Source: Parcubacteria group bacterium
Lineage (GTDB): Bacteria > Patescibacteriota > Minisyncoccia > Phycocordibacterales > Phycocordibacteraceae
NCBI GenBank assembly: GCA_028286545.1
Contig: JAQBRJ010000014.1
Coordinates: forward strand, 1-48,351
Length of the DNA stretch: 48,351 nt
Direction: 5' to 3'
The notes beneath the pieces were generated by a model. That model searched no databases, was not told the origin of the DNA, and saw only the letters and a list, made by a program, of their open reading frames with translations. This document shows, in pieces, positions 17,658-29,600 of the stretch (within the stretch, counting starts at the first letter, position 1; the number at the start of each line of letters is the position of its first letter). A program made the translations under genes and the position numbers.

Positions 17658-20600
17658 ATGCCTGATCTTTCTAAAAACCAAATCTCCACTTCGTTAGTCT
17701 CAACGAAAATAGCTTCGGAACTTTCCGGATATAATTCTGACTATCTCGGTCGTGTGTGTCGTGAAGGAAAAATTAAAGGCACACAAGTTGGGCGCGCATG
17801 GCTCATCGATAAAGAATCTCTCTTACAGTTTGTAGAATCTCAACAGGAGCGAAAGCGTGAACTTGCACAACAAACCGCAAAAGTTCGTGAGCAAGAATAT
17901 AAGACGGCAAATAAGACAACGCCGGTTTTTGATGGCGTAAAAAATGCGACGCAAAAAGCTACACAGAAAGCCACTGAAGCAGCGCGTGCCGTTATTTCAC
18001 CAATACAACGCTCACATTTTTCAGGATCTGCGCGAGGAGTGCAACGTGCACATGCGACACGCGTAAACCGGCCACTTGTTGCCGCAGCAGTCGCTCTCGT
18101 GTTCACTGCTGGAACGGCATACGCGTCTACCGCACCACAGCTTCAAGAAATGCTCGCGCGCATGCCAGAAAATATTCAGCATGTTGCAGATGCCGTAATG
18201 CGTCCGCGTGTTATTGATGATTCATTCCGCATTACTGATGCAACGCCCGCGCAAAAAATAGTTGCAGCAGAATTCGCTGTTCCGAATGCAAAAAATATTT
18301 CACGCGGATTTGCATACGCAACGGGAGCTAAGTCGAACACGTACGCACAAACATTTGCTGCTGCTTCTGTAGGTGATTCGAATAACTCTGACGCAACGTT
18401 CGCATCGCACTTTAGTACTGAAGAAAATGCGCGCGTGGCACACACGCGCATTGCGCTGGTCACTGATGCTATCGCACATCCTTCGCACATGGCTGTCTCA
18501 CTCGTACAGGGATACGTGCAGACGGGTGCGAACATTTTTGCGACTGCACACACTATCGGCGACACATACCTCGCGATGGTGTACGGGGTCGCTGACTCAT
18601 CACTTGCAACAGCTGCAGTCGCACGCGACGTTGTCGCTAACGCTCCAACAAATACGAACGCACTTCTCGCGCTCTACGAGCGCGGCACATACGCATGGGT
18701 TGATGCGTCACACACCGTTGCAGAAGTGTCTGCAGGAACCATATACAACACCGGTGGCACAATCGGCGGGCTCGCAACGGCAGCGCCAGGAGCAATCGTG
18801 CATGCGCGCGAAGCACTTGCGAATGCATGGGTAGATCGCTCGCTCGCGCTCGCGAATGCTGCAGCTGATTCACAGACTGCTGCAGGAACCAAAGCACTTG
18901 CCGTTGCAGATAGCATCGGTAGTAGCTATCTCGGTGCAGTTGACACTTCTGGCAACGTCGTCGGAGGAGCACTTGCAAGCGCAGTAGCGGCACTACCAAA
19001 TGCATCAGAAGTCTCGCCCGTGATATCGGCTCCTGCACAGCAGGCCGTAGCTACTGCACAAAATGCAGGACACACCCTTGCTGCTGCAGTGCCTGCCATG
19101 CCAGAGCACGTATCGTTCTCAACTATTAGTGACCTCACCCAGGACACCATGCTCGGCATGGCGGGGAAGGTTATGGCGTGGGCAGACACCAACAGCGGCA
19201 ACACACAGAGTGCAAGCGTGATTTCATTCGCCCCAATCTCATGGCAGCGCACCATTCAGCGTATCTTTGTTGCAGGCGGCGAAATCGCACAGGCACTCGT
19301 ACACGCAAGCGTTCGCGCTATCGCTGATACCTTCTCACTTCCGGGAGCGTTCTCGCCTGAGCTCGCTGTTGTGCCGTTTGGTCCGACGCAGACCATCGCA
19401 CTTCCTCAGCCAACAAACCTCGGCGGAGCAAATGGCGTTGCGCTCGGAAATGACAGTTCATCGGCAAGCGGTTCATACACGGGCGGTGCAACAGGACCCA
19501 CAACGTACATTCAGAACATCATCAACAACTTCAGCAAAGATGCATTTGGTACATCGTTCAACGACGCTGTGCTCGCAATCGTTGGACCCTACGTGCAGCA
19601 CAGCATCGACTCCGCAATCGGAAGTGTTCGTAGCAATGGAGGAGGCGGAACGACCGTCGTAACGGGATCAACACCCGCAAACGTCGTGGTCCAAGGGGGA
19701 TCGGCATCACTCGCATCACTTGATGTCAGCGGTTCAACAACACTCAATACTCTTACGACGACAGGAGTGACAACGCTCGCAACAACAACCGTAAACGGTG
19801 ACTTGAATATCACCGGCACCATTTCTGCAGGCTCACTCGCAGTATCTTCCATCACCTCAAACGGTCCGGTTATCGCGCCGTACTTCACAGCAACGTCTAC
19901 TGTCGCAACTTCAACATTCCCAAATCTTGCTGCAACGAATGCTGACATAACAAATGCAACACTCGGCAACGCAACATCTACCAATTTCTTTACGACAAAT
20001 CTTTCAGCAGCCGCAGCAAATATTACGAATGCCGTCTTCGGTTCATTCGTCGCAAACCTTGCGAACATCACGAGTGCAACTATTACGAATCTCACCGGCA
20101 CCAACTCACAGTTCGTAAACAGCACGACGACGAATGCAACAACCACAAATCTCTTCGCAACGAATGGCGTTATCAACAACGCAACATCTACTAATCTTTT
20201 TGCAACAAATGTTTCCGGTACGAATGCAACATTCGGTAACGCAACAACTACGAATCTCTTCGCAACGATTGCAAGCGCGGTGACTGGTTTCTTTGACAAC
20301 CTCTTTGCAACAAATGCTCAGTTCGTAAATTCCACCACGACGAATGCGACGACGACCAACTTCTTCGCGACGAATGGTTTCATCAATACGCTTGCGTCCG
20401 CAGTTGCAAACATCGCAAGCGCCGTCATCACAAACCTCACCGGCACCAACTCGCAGTTCGTAAACAGCACAACGACTAATTCCGTTGCAACTAATGCAAC
20501 GACTACGAATCTCACTGCAACAAATGCTTCGCTCACAAATGCGCTCATTACGAACGGTACTTCAACAAATTTTGCTGCGACAAATCTTACCGGTACCAAC

Positions 20601-23600
20601 GCACAGTTCACGAATGCAACGAGCACTAATTTCTTTAGCACGCTGGGCAGCTTCACCAATGCTATCTTCGGTTCATTTGTTGCAACACTTGCAAACATCA
20701 CAACGGCAACAATCACAAACCTAAGTGGCACCAACTCAGTATTCGTAAATGCAACAACGACCAATGCCACGACTACGAATCTCTTTGCAACGAACGCAAC
20801 CACGACAAACCTGGTTACTTCGAACCTCACCGGTACCAGTGCGCAATTCACTCATGCAACCACGTCAGACTTCGCTGTTACCGGTACCGTCGGATCAAAT
20901 CTCATTCCTTCGCTGAACAACCAGTACGACATTGGTTCGCCAGGTGCTACGTGGAGTAATGGATACTTCGACAGCATCCATGTTGCTAATTTCTTTGTGG
21001 CCTCAACGTCAATCGACGGAACAGCCTCAAACGTATTCAGTATTAACTCTGATAATGCGACCGCCGATACTGAAGATTCATCGATCTCCTTTGATCGTGG
21101 AAGCATCTCACCGAATGCACTGCTCACTTGGAATTCAACCCTCGATCGCTTCGAATTTAATATGCCGGTTCAGGCACCAAGCCTCACGGCCTCTACAACC
21201 TTTACGCTTGGAACATCAACGTTTAGTTCATTGCTCGGCGCGGGCCTTTCGAATGTCGGTGGTGCGCTTACGGTTACGGTCTCAACAACATCGCTTGCTC
21301 TTGATTCCTCGTACTTCAAGCAGGGAGGAAATAGCTTTGGTTCTACGGCAATTCTGGGTACAACCGACAACAATTCTCTCAATATACTCACGAATAACTC
21401 GGTGGCGGGCACATTCCTCGCCAATGGATTCCTTGGACTCGGCACAACGTCGCCTGTAGAGCGCCTCTCTGTGGCAGGGAATGCCCTTATTTCCGGAAGC
21501 CTTAAGGCTGCTTCACTCATCACCACAGGGAATGCAAATGTTAACTCGCTCACCATTGGCTCGCTCTCAGGTTTCCTCAAAGCAACAGCCGGTGCCGTAA
21601 GTACCGCACTGGTAGACCTTTCTACGGACGTAACGAGCACACTTCCTGTTGGTAACGGCGGCACCGGCGCGACGTCTCTCACGGGTCTTTTGGTAGGTAA
21701 CGGCACCGGTGCCTTCACCGCCACGACCCTTTCTTCGGGCATTGCATCGCAAATAAGCGACGAAACAGGCACGGGCGCTCTCGTATTTGCCACATCACCA
21801 ACCTTTGGCGGCACTGCAATCTTCAATAACGTTACGGCAACGAGTGCGACGAGCACAAACTTCGCTTCAACAAACACTGCAATCACGAATCTAACCGCAA
21901 CCAATCTCACGGTTGGTGGTTCAACATTCACCTCACTCCTTGGCAGTGGTCTTGCAAACGTTGGTGGTGTACTTACTGCTACAACGTCAACCAGTACGCT
22001 TGCCCTTGATTCTCAGTACTTTAAACAGGGAGGCAATGCCTTTGGTGCCCTTGCTACACTTGGCACCACCGACAACAACGCACTAATCTTTGAAACCAAT
22101 AGTCTTGAGCGAATACGAATAAACACCTCAGGCCAGCTCGTTTCAAACATTGCTTCATCTGCTGGCACACCAGCGTTTACATGGAGCAGTGACCTCACCA
22201 CGGGTCTCTTTCATCCTGCGATAAACCAGATTGGCTTTAGCACTGGTGGTATACAGCGTGCAGTGATTGATGGAAATGGAAATCTTGGCCTTGGAACCAC
22301 CACGCCATTCGCAAAGCTCACCATCATAGGCGATCTCTCCCTCAGCGGCGGCATTTACGATAACAACCTGACTCGCGGAACGCTTGGTCAAATCCTTCAG
22401 ACCACCGGCACCGGCGTGCAGTGGGTAGGTACGAGCACCCTTGGACTTCAACCAGCAGGAAACTACATCACGGCACTCACGGGCGATGTATCAGCGAGTG
22501 GCCCTGGCTCAGCGGCTGCTACACTCGCAACGGTTAACTCGAATACCGGCTCGTTTGGCTCTTCAACGGCTATTCCAACATTCACCGTTAATGGGAAAGG
22601 TCTGATTACTGCTGCTGGGTCTGTAGCGGTCATCGCTCCCGCAGGAACGCTCACAGGCACGACGCTCGCAAGTAATGTTGTGTCTTCTTCACTCACGAGC
22701 GTAGGTACGCTCACCGCCTTGACCGTCTCAGGTGCTACTACTCTTGGAAATCTCACTGCAGCACTTGCAACGACCACTTCACTCACGACAACCAACTTTA
22801 TATTGGGTGGATCTACCTTCACAAGCCTTTTGGGCAGCGGCCTCTCAAATGTCGGTGGTACGCTCAGTGTCTCTACATCATCACTTGCGCTCGACACCAC
22901 GTACTTTAAGCAAAACGGAAATTCATTCGGCGCAACCGCTTCGCTTGGCACAAACGATAATAATGATCTCGTCTTTAAAACCAATAGTCTTGAACGTCTA
23001 CGCGTAAACACCTCTGGCCAGCTCGTTTCAAACATTGCTTCAGCAGCAGGTACACCAGCATTTACATGGACTAGTGACCTCACCACGGGTATCTTCCACC
23101 CAGCGAACAACAACGTTGCTATCAGCACGGGCGGTATTGAACGTTTGCGTGTTGATGGTAACGGATTCATTGGTGTCGGAACAACGACGGCATCTCGAAC
23201 GCTTACGGTCGCAGGCGACATTGGCCTCACCGGTGCACTCTATGCGGGCAATACCTCTGCAGGAACAGCCGGGCAGATTCTTCAGACTACAGGGACTGGA
23301 ATTCAATGGACCTCAACCTCGACTCTTGGACTTCAGCCTTCTGGAAACTACATCACCGCACTTACTGGTGACATCAGCGCAACTGGTCCTGGCTCGGCAG
23401 CGGCAACACTCGCAACAGTGAACTCAAACACTGGTTCATTTGGTTCTTCCACAGCGATACCAACCTTCACGGTTAACGGAAAAGGTTTGATTACTGCTGC
23501 AGGAACGGTTGTGGTGATTGCTCCTGCTGGCACACTTACAGGAACGACACTTGCAAGCAATGTCCTTGCGTCCTCTCTGACTTCGGTGGGCACATTAAGC

Positions 23601-26600
23601 AGCCTCACCGTGTCAGGCACGAGCGCGCTTGGGAACCTGACCGCAGCGCTTGCAACAACGACGTCCCTTACAACAACGAACTTTATACTCGGAGGCTCAA
23701 CCTTCACGTCGCTTCTTGGTACAGGACTCGTTAATACCGCAGGAGTACTTTCTATTTCAACCTCGTCTCTCGCGCTTGATACTAATTATTTCAAACAAGG
23801 AGGCAATTCATTTGGCGCTACAGCTCAGCTCGGTACCATCGACAATAACGATCTTGTCTTCCAAACAAATAACGTTGAGCGTCTTCGTATTAACACCTCA
23901 GGCCAGCTCGTTTCAAACATTGCTTCAGCAGCAGGTACGCCAGCATTTACATGGACTAGTGACCTCACCACGGGTATCTTCCACCCCGCTTCCAACAACA
24001 TCGGCTTCACAACAGGTGGCATTCAACGTGCGGTGATTGATGGCAATGGAAACCTTGGGGTTGGTACTTCGTCACCAAGTGCACGACTTACGGTTAAAGG
24101 TGTAGGCACAACCACAGGGATAAACTTCCAGACAACGAACTCAAACAACGCAGCACTTTTTACGATTCTTGATAATGGAAATGTAGGAATTGGCACCACA
24201 TCTCCTGTTGTAGCCCTACACTTGGCCAGCAGCACTGCAAGCACACAACTACGAATTGAAAGCGGTCAAAATACTGGTCTTGCACGAATTCAGTTTTTAA
24301 ACGATCTCGGCACTACCGCGTCGGTTGCTTATACAGGTTCTGCAAATGCTAATACGGCTATCTTTAGTATTCCAGATCAGCTTTACCTTAACGGAGCAGG
24401 AACAGGGGGTGTGACAATTAATGCAGGCGGTGCTTCCGGCGTGATTCGTTTTGCTACCGGAGGAACCGCTTTTTCAAATGAACGTTTGCGCATTGATGCT
24501 GCAGGTAACGTTGGTATTGGTTCAACAACACCACTCTCAACCTTGAGCGTCACCGGCACGGGAATCACAAACCCCTTCACCATCGCGTCATCGAGTGGCT
24601 TGTCACTATTTAGTATCAATCCTTCCGGAGCTGCGCTCTTTAATAATCAAGCAGGCTCAATCGGAACGGTGCTGCAGTCATTCGGTGCAGGCGCAGCACC
24701 TCAGTGGGTTTCTACCTCAACCCTCGGCTTCGCCTCCGGCACTTCGCTTGGCTCCGCAAATCAAGTCGCGTACTACAACTCCTCCGGCGTACTTGGCGGC
24801 ACCGCAGGCTTCATCTTTGACGGCACAAACCTCTCTGTCGGAGGCACTATCACCGCAACTGGCCAGCATATCGGCATCGGCGGCACGGGTGCTGCTGGCA
24901 CGCCCTCATATACCTTTGCGTCTGACCTAACAACCGGCATATTCCATCCTGCCTCCAACAATATCGGCTTCTCAACCGGCGGCATACAGCGTGCAGTGAT
25001 TGATGGGAATGGAAACTTCGGCATCGCCACCACGTCGCCTCTCGCAAAGCTCGATGTCTACGGCACCGCTGGCACAGCTGATATTTTCGCTATCTCGTCA
25101 TCGAGTAACGCGCGGCTATTCACGGTTACAAGCGGTGGCAATGTCGGTATTGGCACATCGTCGCCCGCGACAAAGCTCAGCATTCAAGCAGCTGCGCCAT
25201 CAATCACTCTCAATAACACGACGAGCGGCGGAAGCGCATTCCTAATTCGAAACGGCAGTATCGGCAACACCAGGTTCGATATCTTCGACGCGAAGAATAA
25301 TATCTCAATGCTCACCATTGATCGTAATGATGGTAATGCCGGGCAGGTTATGATCGGAACGTCGAGCAACTCGGCTCCAGGTAACAACAGCCGCCTCTTT
25401 GTGTATGGGGGAGCCAATGGTGCAAACATTGACATGATGGGCGATCCAAGTCTCTCCGGCGGCATCGGTGACCAGTCACAGGTCGAAGCTGAAGGTGCAG
25501 ACTGGGGACTCGGCGCTTTGGGCAATACAAACTCAATTGCCATCCGTTACTTCGGTAACTCATTCCCGAACGCTCTTGGTAACTGGGCTGGTGTTACGAC
25601 GCACAATACGGGCGTACTCGACTTTGGTACCGCAAGCAACGCCGTTATTCGCACCTCAACCTCAACACCAATAATTGTAGGAATAAACAACGTCGAAACA
25701 CTTCGCTTCACGTCACTGGGTCTCAGTATCGGTACTACTTCTGCATTTGCTGCACTCACACTTGGTGGAGATCTCTCAATCAGTGGCGGTATCTACGACC
25801 GTAGCGCAACGCGTGGTACGTCAGGACAAATCCTTCAGACCACTGGCACCGGCGTGCAGTGGGTAGGTACGAGCACACTTGGGCTTCAACCGGCAGGAAA
25901 CTACATCACCGCTCTCACCGGAGACATAACCGCAACTGGCCCTGGTTCCGTTGCAGCAACACTCGCAACAGTGAACTCAAACACTGGTTCATTTGGTTCC
26001 TCGACAGCCATTCCAAACTTCACGGTGAACGGAAAGGGACTCATCACCGCCGCAGGTTCAAGCGCGGTGATTGCTCCTGCAGGTACGCTCACCGGCACAA
26101 CGCTTGCTAGCAACGTAGTGTCGTCATCTCTTACCTCAGTCGGTACACTTACCGCCTTGACCGTCTCAGGTGCTACTACTCTTGGAAATCTCACTGCAGC
26201 ACTTGCAACGACCACTTCACTCACGACAACCAACTTCATCCTCGGCGGGTCTACCTTCACAAGCTTGCTCGGCACTGGACTTGTGAATACTGGCGGCACA
26301 CTCACGGTCTCAACTACTTCAAACGCTCTTGGTTTTGATACCACGTATTTCAAACAAAACGGCAATGCCTTCGCAGGCCTCGCTACGCTCGGCACGACCG
26401 ACAGCAATGCCCTTCGATTCATTACGGGTGGTACTGAGCGTGCACGATTTGATACGAGTGGGAACTTTGGTATCGGCACAACAACCCCTAACTCGCTCCT
26501 TGAAGTTTCAGGTTCTGATACAAGTACAGCACTTACGACATTCGATCCTGCGGTAGCACTATCAATAGTCAACCGCAGCACAACGAACAATACATTCGCA

Positions 26601-29600
26601 GCACTTGCATTTCGAACCCAGGATCTGACTAATAATTCAGCGACTTCGACCGCACAGATTCTCGGAATTAACACTTCACACACAGCGGGTAGGGCATCTG
26701 GAGCACTGGCTTTCCAGACCCTAAACTCGGGAGTCCTTTCAGAAGTCATGCGTATCACGAACACAGGTCGTGTTGGTATAGGAATTACAATTCCAACGTC
26801 TATCCTTAGCGTATTTGAAGCTACACCGACTGTTTCTACCACCACGACTGGAACTTCGGCGACGTCGTTACTCACCATCAACGGCGGTTTCGGTGGCGAC
26901 ACATCTTCAAGCGGTTCGTCGGTATTTGCCGGCAATGGCGCGACAATTACCCTTGTAACGGGAACCGGTGGAAGTGTAACGGGTAATCCTACTACTGGTT
27001 TCGCTGGGACAGGAGGAGACTTTATAGTATCGGCCGGTGCCGGAGGTCAAATAACAGGACTGCCAACGAGCGGCACGGGCGGAGCCGGCGGTAGCATCAA
27101 TCTCACTGCCGGTGGTGGAGGCCAAGGTTTTACTGCGGATGGTATCGCAGGTAACGTCAACATTACGGGCGGCGTATCAGCGTCAGGTGTTGGTGGTGCA
27201 GGCACAGGTGGCGGATACGTTTCTATTAGCGGTGGAGCGGGCGGAGGATCGGGTCTTAACGGTGGCAATGTCTACGTCTTCGGTGGAGGCCCAGGCTTCG
27301 CAAGTTCAGCAGGTAATGTGGTGCTCGGTTTGAATCCGAGCGGAACCGTACGCGCAAATATCGGTGTCGGCACCTCTTCACCCGTTGCGAAGCTCGATGT
27401 ATACGGTACCGCAGGAACTGCAGACATCTTCGCGATTTCGTCATCGAGCAATTCACGGCTTCTCACCATCTCAAGCGCCGGTTTTGTTGGCATCGGCAGT
27501 TCAACACCATCAAAGACTCTCTCCATTACGGGTGATCTTTCGCTTTCCGGCGGCTTCTTTGACTCACTTTCTTCCTCGGGAAGTAATGGTTTTGTTTTGC
27601 AGTCAACGGGCAGCGCCACTAAATGGGTCGCTACGAGCACTCTCGGCTTTAGCTCTGGAGGTGGCGCTACTGCGGCAGGTACCAGTGGCCAAGTTGCGTA
27701 CTTCAATGGCGCAAGCTCATTAGTCGGTACCTCAGGGTTTACGTTTGATGGAACCAACCTAAGCGTCGGAGGCACTATCACTGCAACCGGCCAGTACATC
27801 GGCATTGGTGGCACCGGTGTTCCAGGCACACCGTCGTACAGCTTCACCGGAGATCTCACCACGGGTATCTTCCATCCTGCTGCAAACACTCTTGCGTTTA
27901 GTACTAACGGTACCGAACGTGGCCGCTTTGATTCAGCAGGGAACTTTGGTATCGGCAGCAGCACCCCGCTCTCAACACTGAGCGTAAGCGGCACCGGTAC
28001 CACGAACCCATTTACGGTTGCATCGTCGAGTGGTAACTCACTCCTTACTGTGCTGTCGAATGGAAATGTTGGTATTGGAAGTTCAACCCCAAACTATCTG
28101 CTCTCTGTTGCAGGGCAAACACTTATCGGATCCGCAGGTTTCCCTACGGGGTCATTAGGCGCAACATTCAACACCTACACTACTGACTTGAATACCTTCT
28201 CGCTTGGCAGTAGTTTTCAATCTACAGGCTCAATCAATGCTGCCGGTTCGTTCCAATCACTTCAATTCAACGTTACGGACAGTGGAGGAAATAATGTGAA
28301 TACCATGCAAGGTCTTAATGGCTTGGCGGTTAAGAGTACATCAGGAAGTGTAACGGCTTTGATTGCGATACAAGCAAGCCCGCGTCTTACGGGTACTGCG
28401 ACTGCGATTACTATGGAAGGGTATCGTTCCCAGGTTCGCACCCCCGCAGGCACAGCAGCGAGTACGACTATTGATTTCAGCGCAACTGCAGCGACAAGCG
28501 GAGGCGTAATAACAAGTGCGTATGGAGTTAGGGTTGTTTCAAAGAAAGTAACTGGTGTAGTAACGGGCTATGGTATTGGTACTGACGGTGCCACAGACCT
28601 CAACTACTTCATGGGTAGTACGGGTGTTGGTACCACCTCGCCTGCAGCAAAACTTGATGTATACGGAGCCGCTGGTACTGCCGACATCTTTGCTATCTCG
28701 TCGTCGAGTAATTCACGACTCCTTACGGTTACGAGCTCGGGGAACCTTGGTATCGGCACCTCTACTCCGTCTAAGAAACTTACTGTTTCGGGAGATGAAT
28801 ATCTCACGGGCGGGTTCTTTGATAGCACATTCTCAGCGGGAACGCTCGGCATGGTTCTTCAGTCAACGGGGACAAGTACTCTGTGGGTCGCCACCTCTAC
28901 TCTCGGCATCTCAGGCACTAACTACTTTACGAACTCGGGAGCTTCCACGTATTTGAGTACAGGTACGAATCTTGGTATCGGTACATCGACACCGGCCGCA
29001 CGACTCGATGTCTATGGCGTTGGAGGCACCGCGGACATCTTTACCATTTCGTCGTCGAGCAACTCACGACTTCTGACGGTTACGAGTTCAGGTAATCTCG
29101 GTGTTGGTTCATCATCACCCTTCGCGCGCCTTACCGTTGCAGGAAGTGGTACTACTGCAGCGACCACGAACTTCCAGACCACGAACTCTTCTAACTCACC
29201 GCTCTTCACTATTCTTGATAATGGCAACGTGGGCATTGCAACATCAACGCCAGCTGATCGTCTTGCAGTCACGGGCGGCAATATTGTTCAGACCGTAAGT
29301 ACGGGAGCCTCTGTAAAGGGCACGCTCATCAATAGCGCGTTTGCGGGTGGTATTGGCGTGGTAGTGTCGGGCAAGTACGCGTACATCGCTGCGAGTAGCG
29401 CGAGCGCCGTGAGTATCGTCGATATTTCAAACCCTACAGCACCGACACTCGTTGGTAGCGTTGTTGACGCTACCAACCTTGCCGGTGTCTTTGGTATCGC
29501 GGTGTCGGGCAAGTACGCGTACGTTACTGCCAACAATAACCAGCGCGTAACGGTTGTCGATATCAGTAATCCAAAGGCGCCGGTTGTCGTAAGTAACCTG

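Noticed and set aside
21900-26490. Diversity-generating retroelement template/variable repeat pair
   Set aside because: Differences between repeats are mostly synonymous and not evidently adenine-specific, all copies are in-frame coding, and no reverse transcriptase is in the window.
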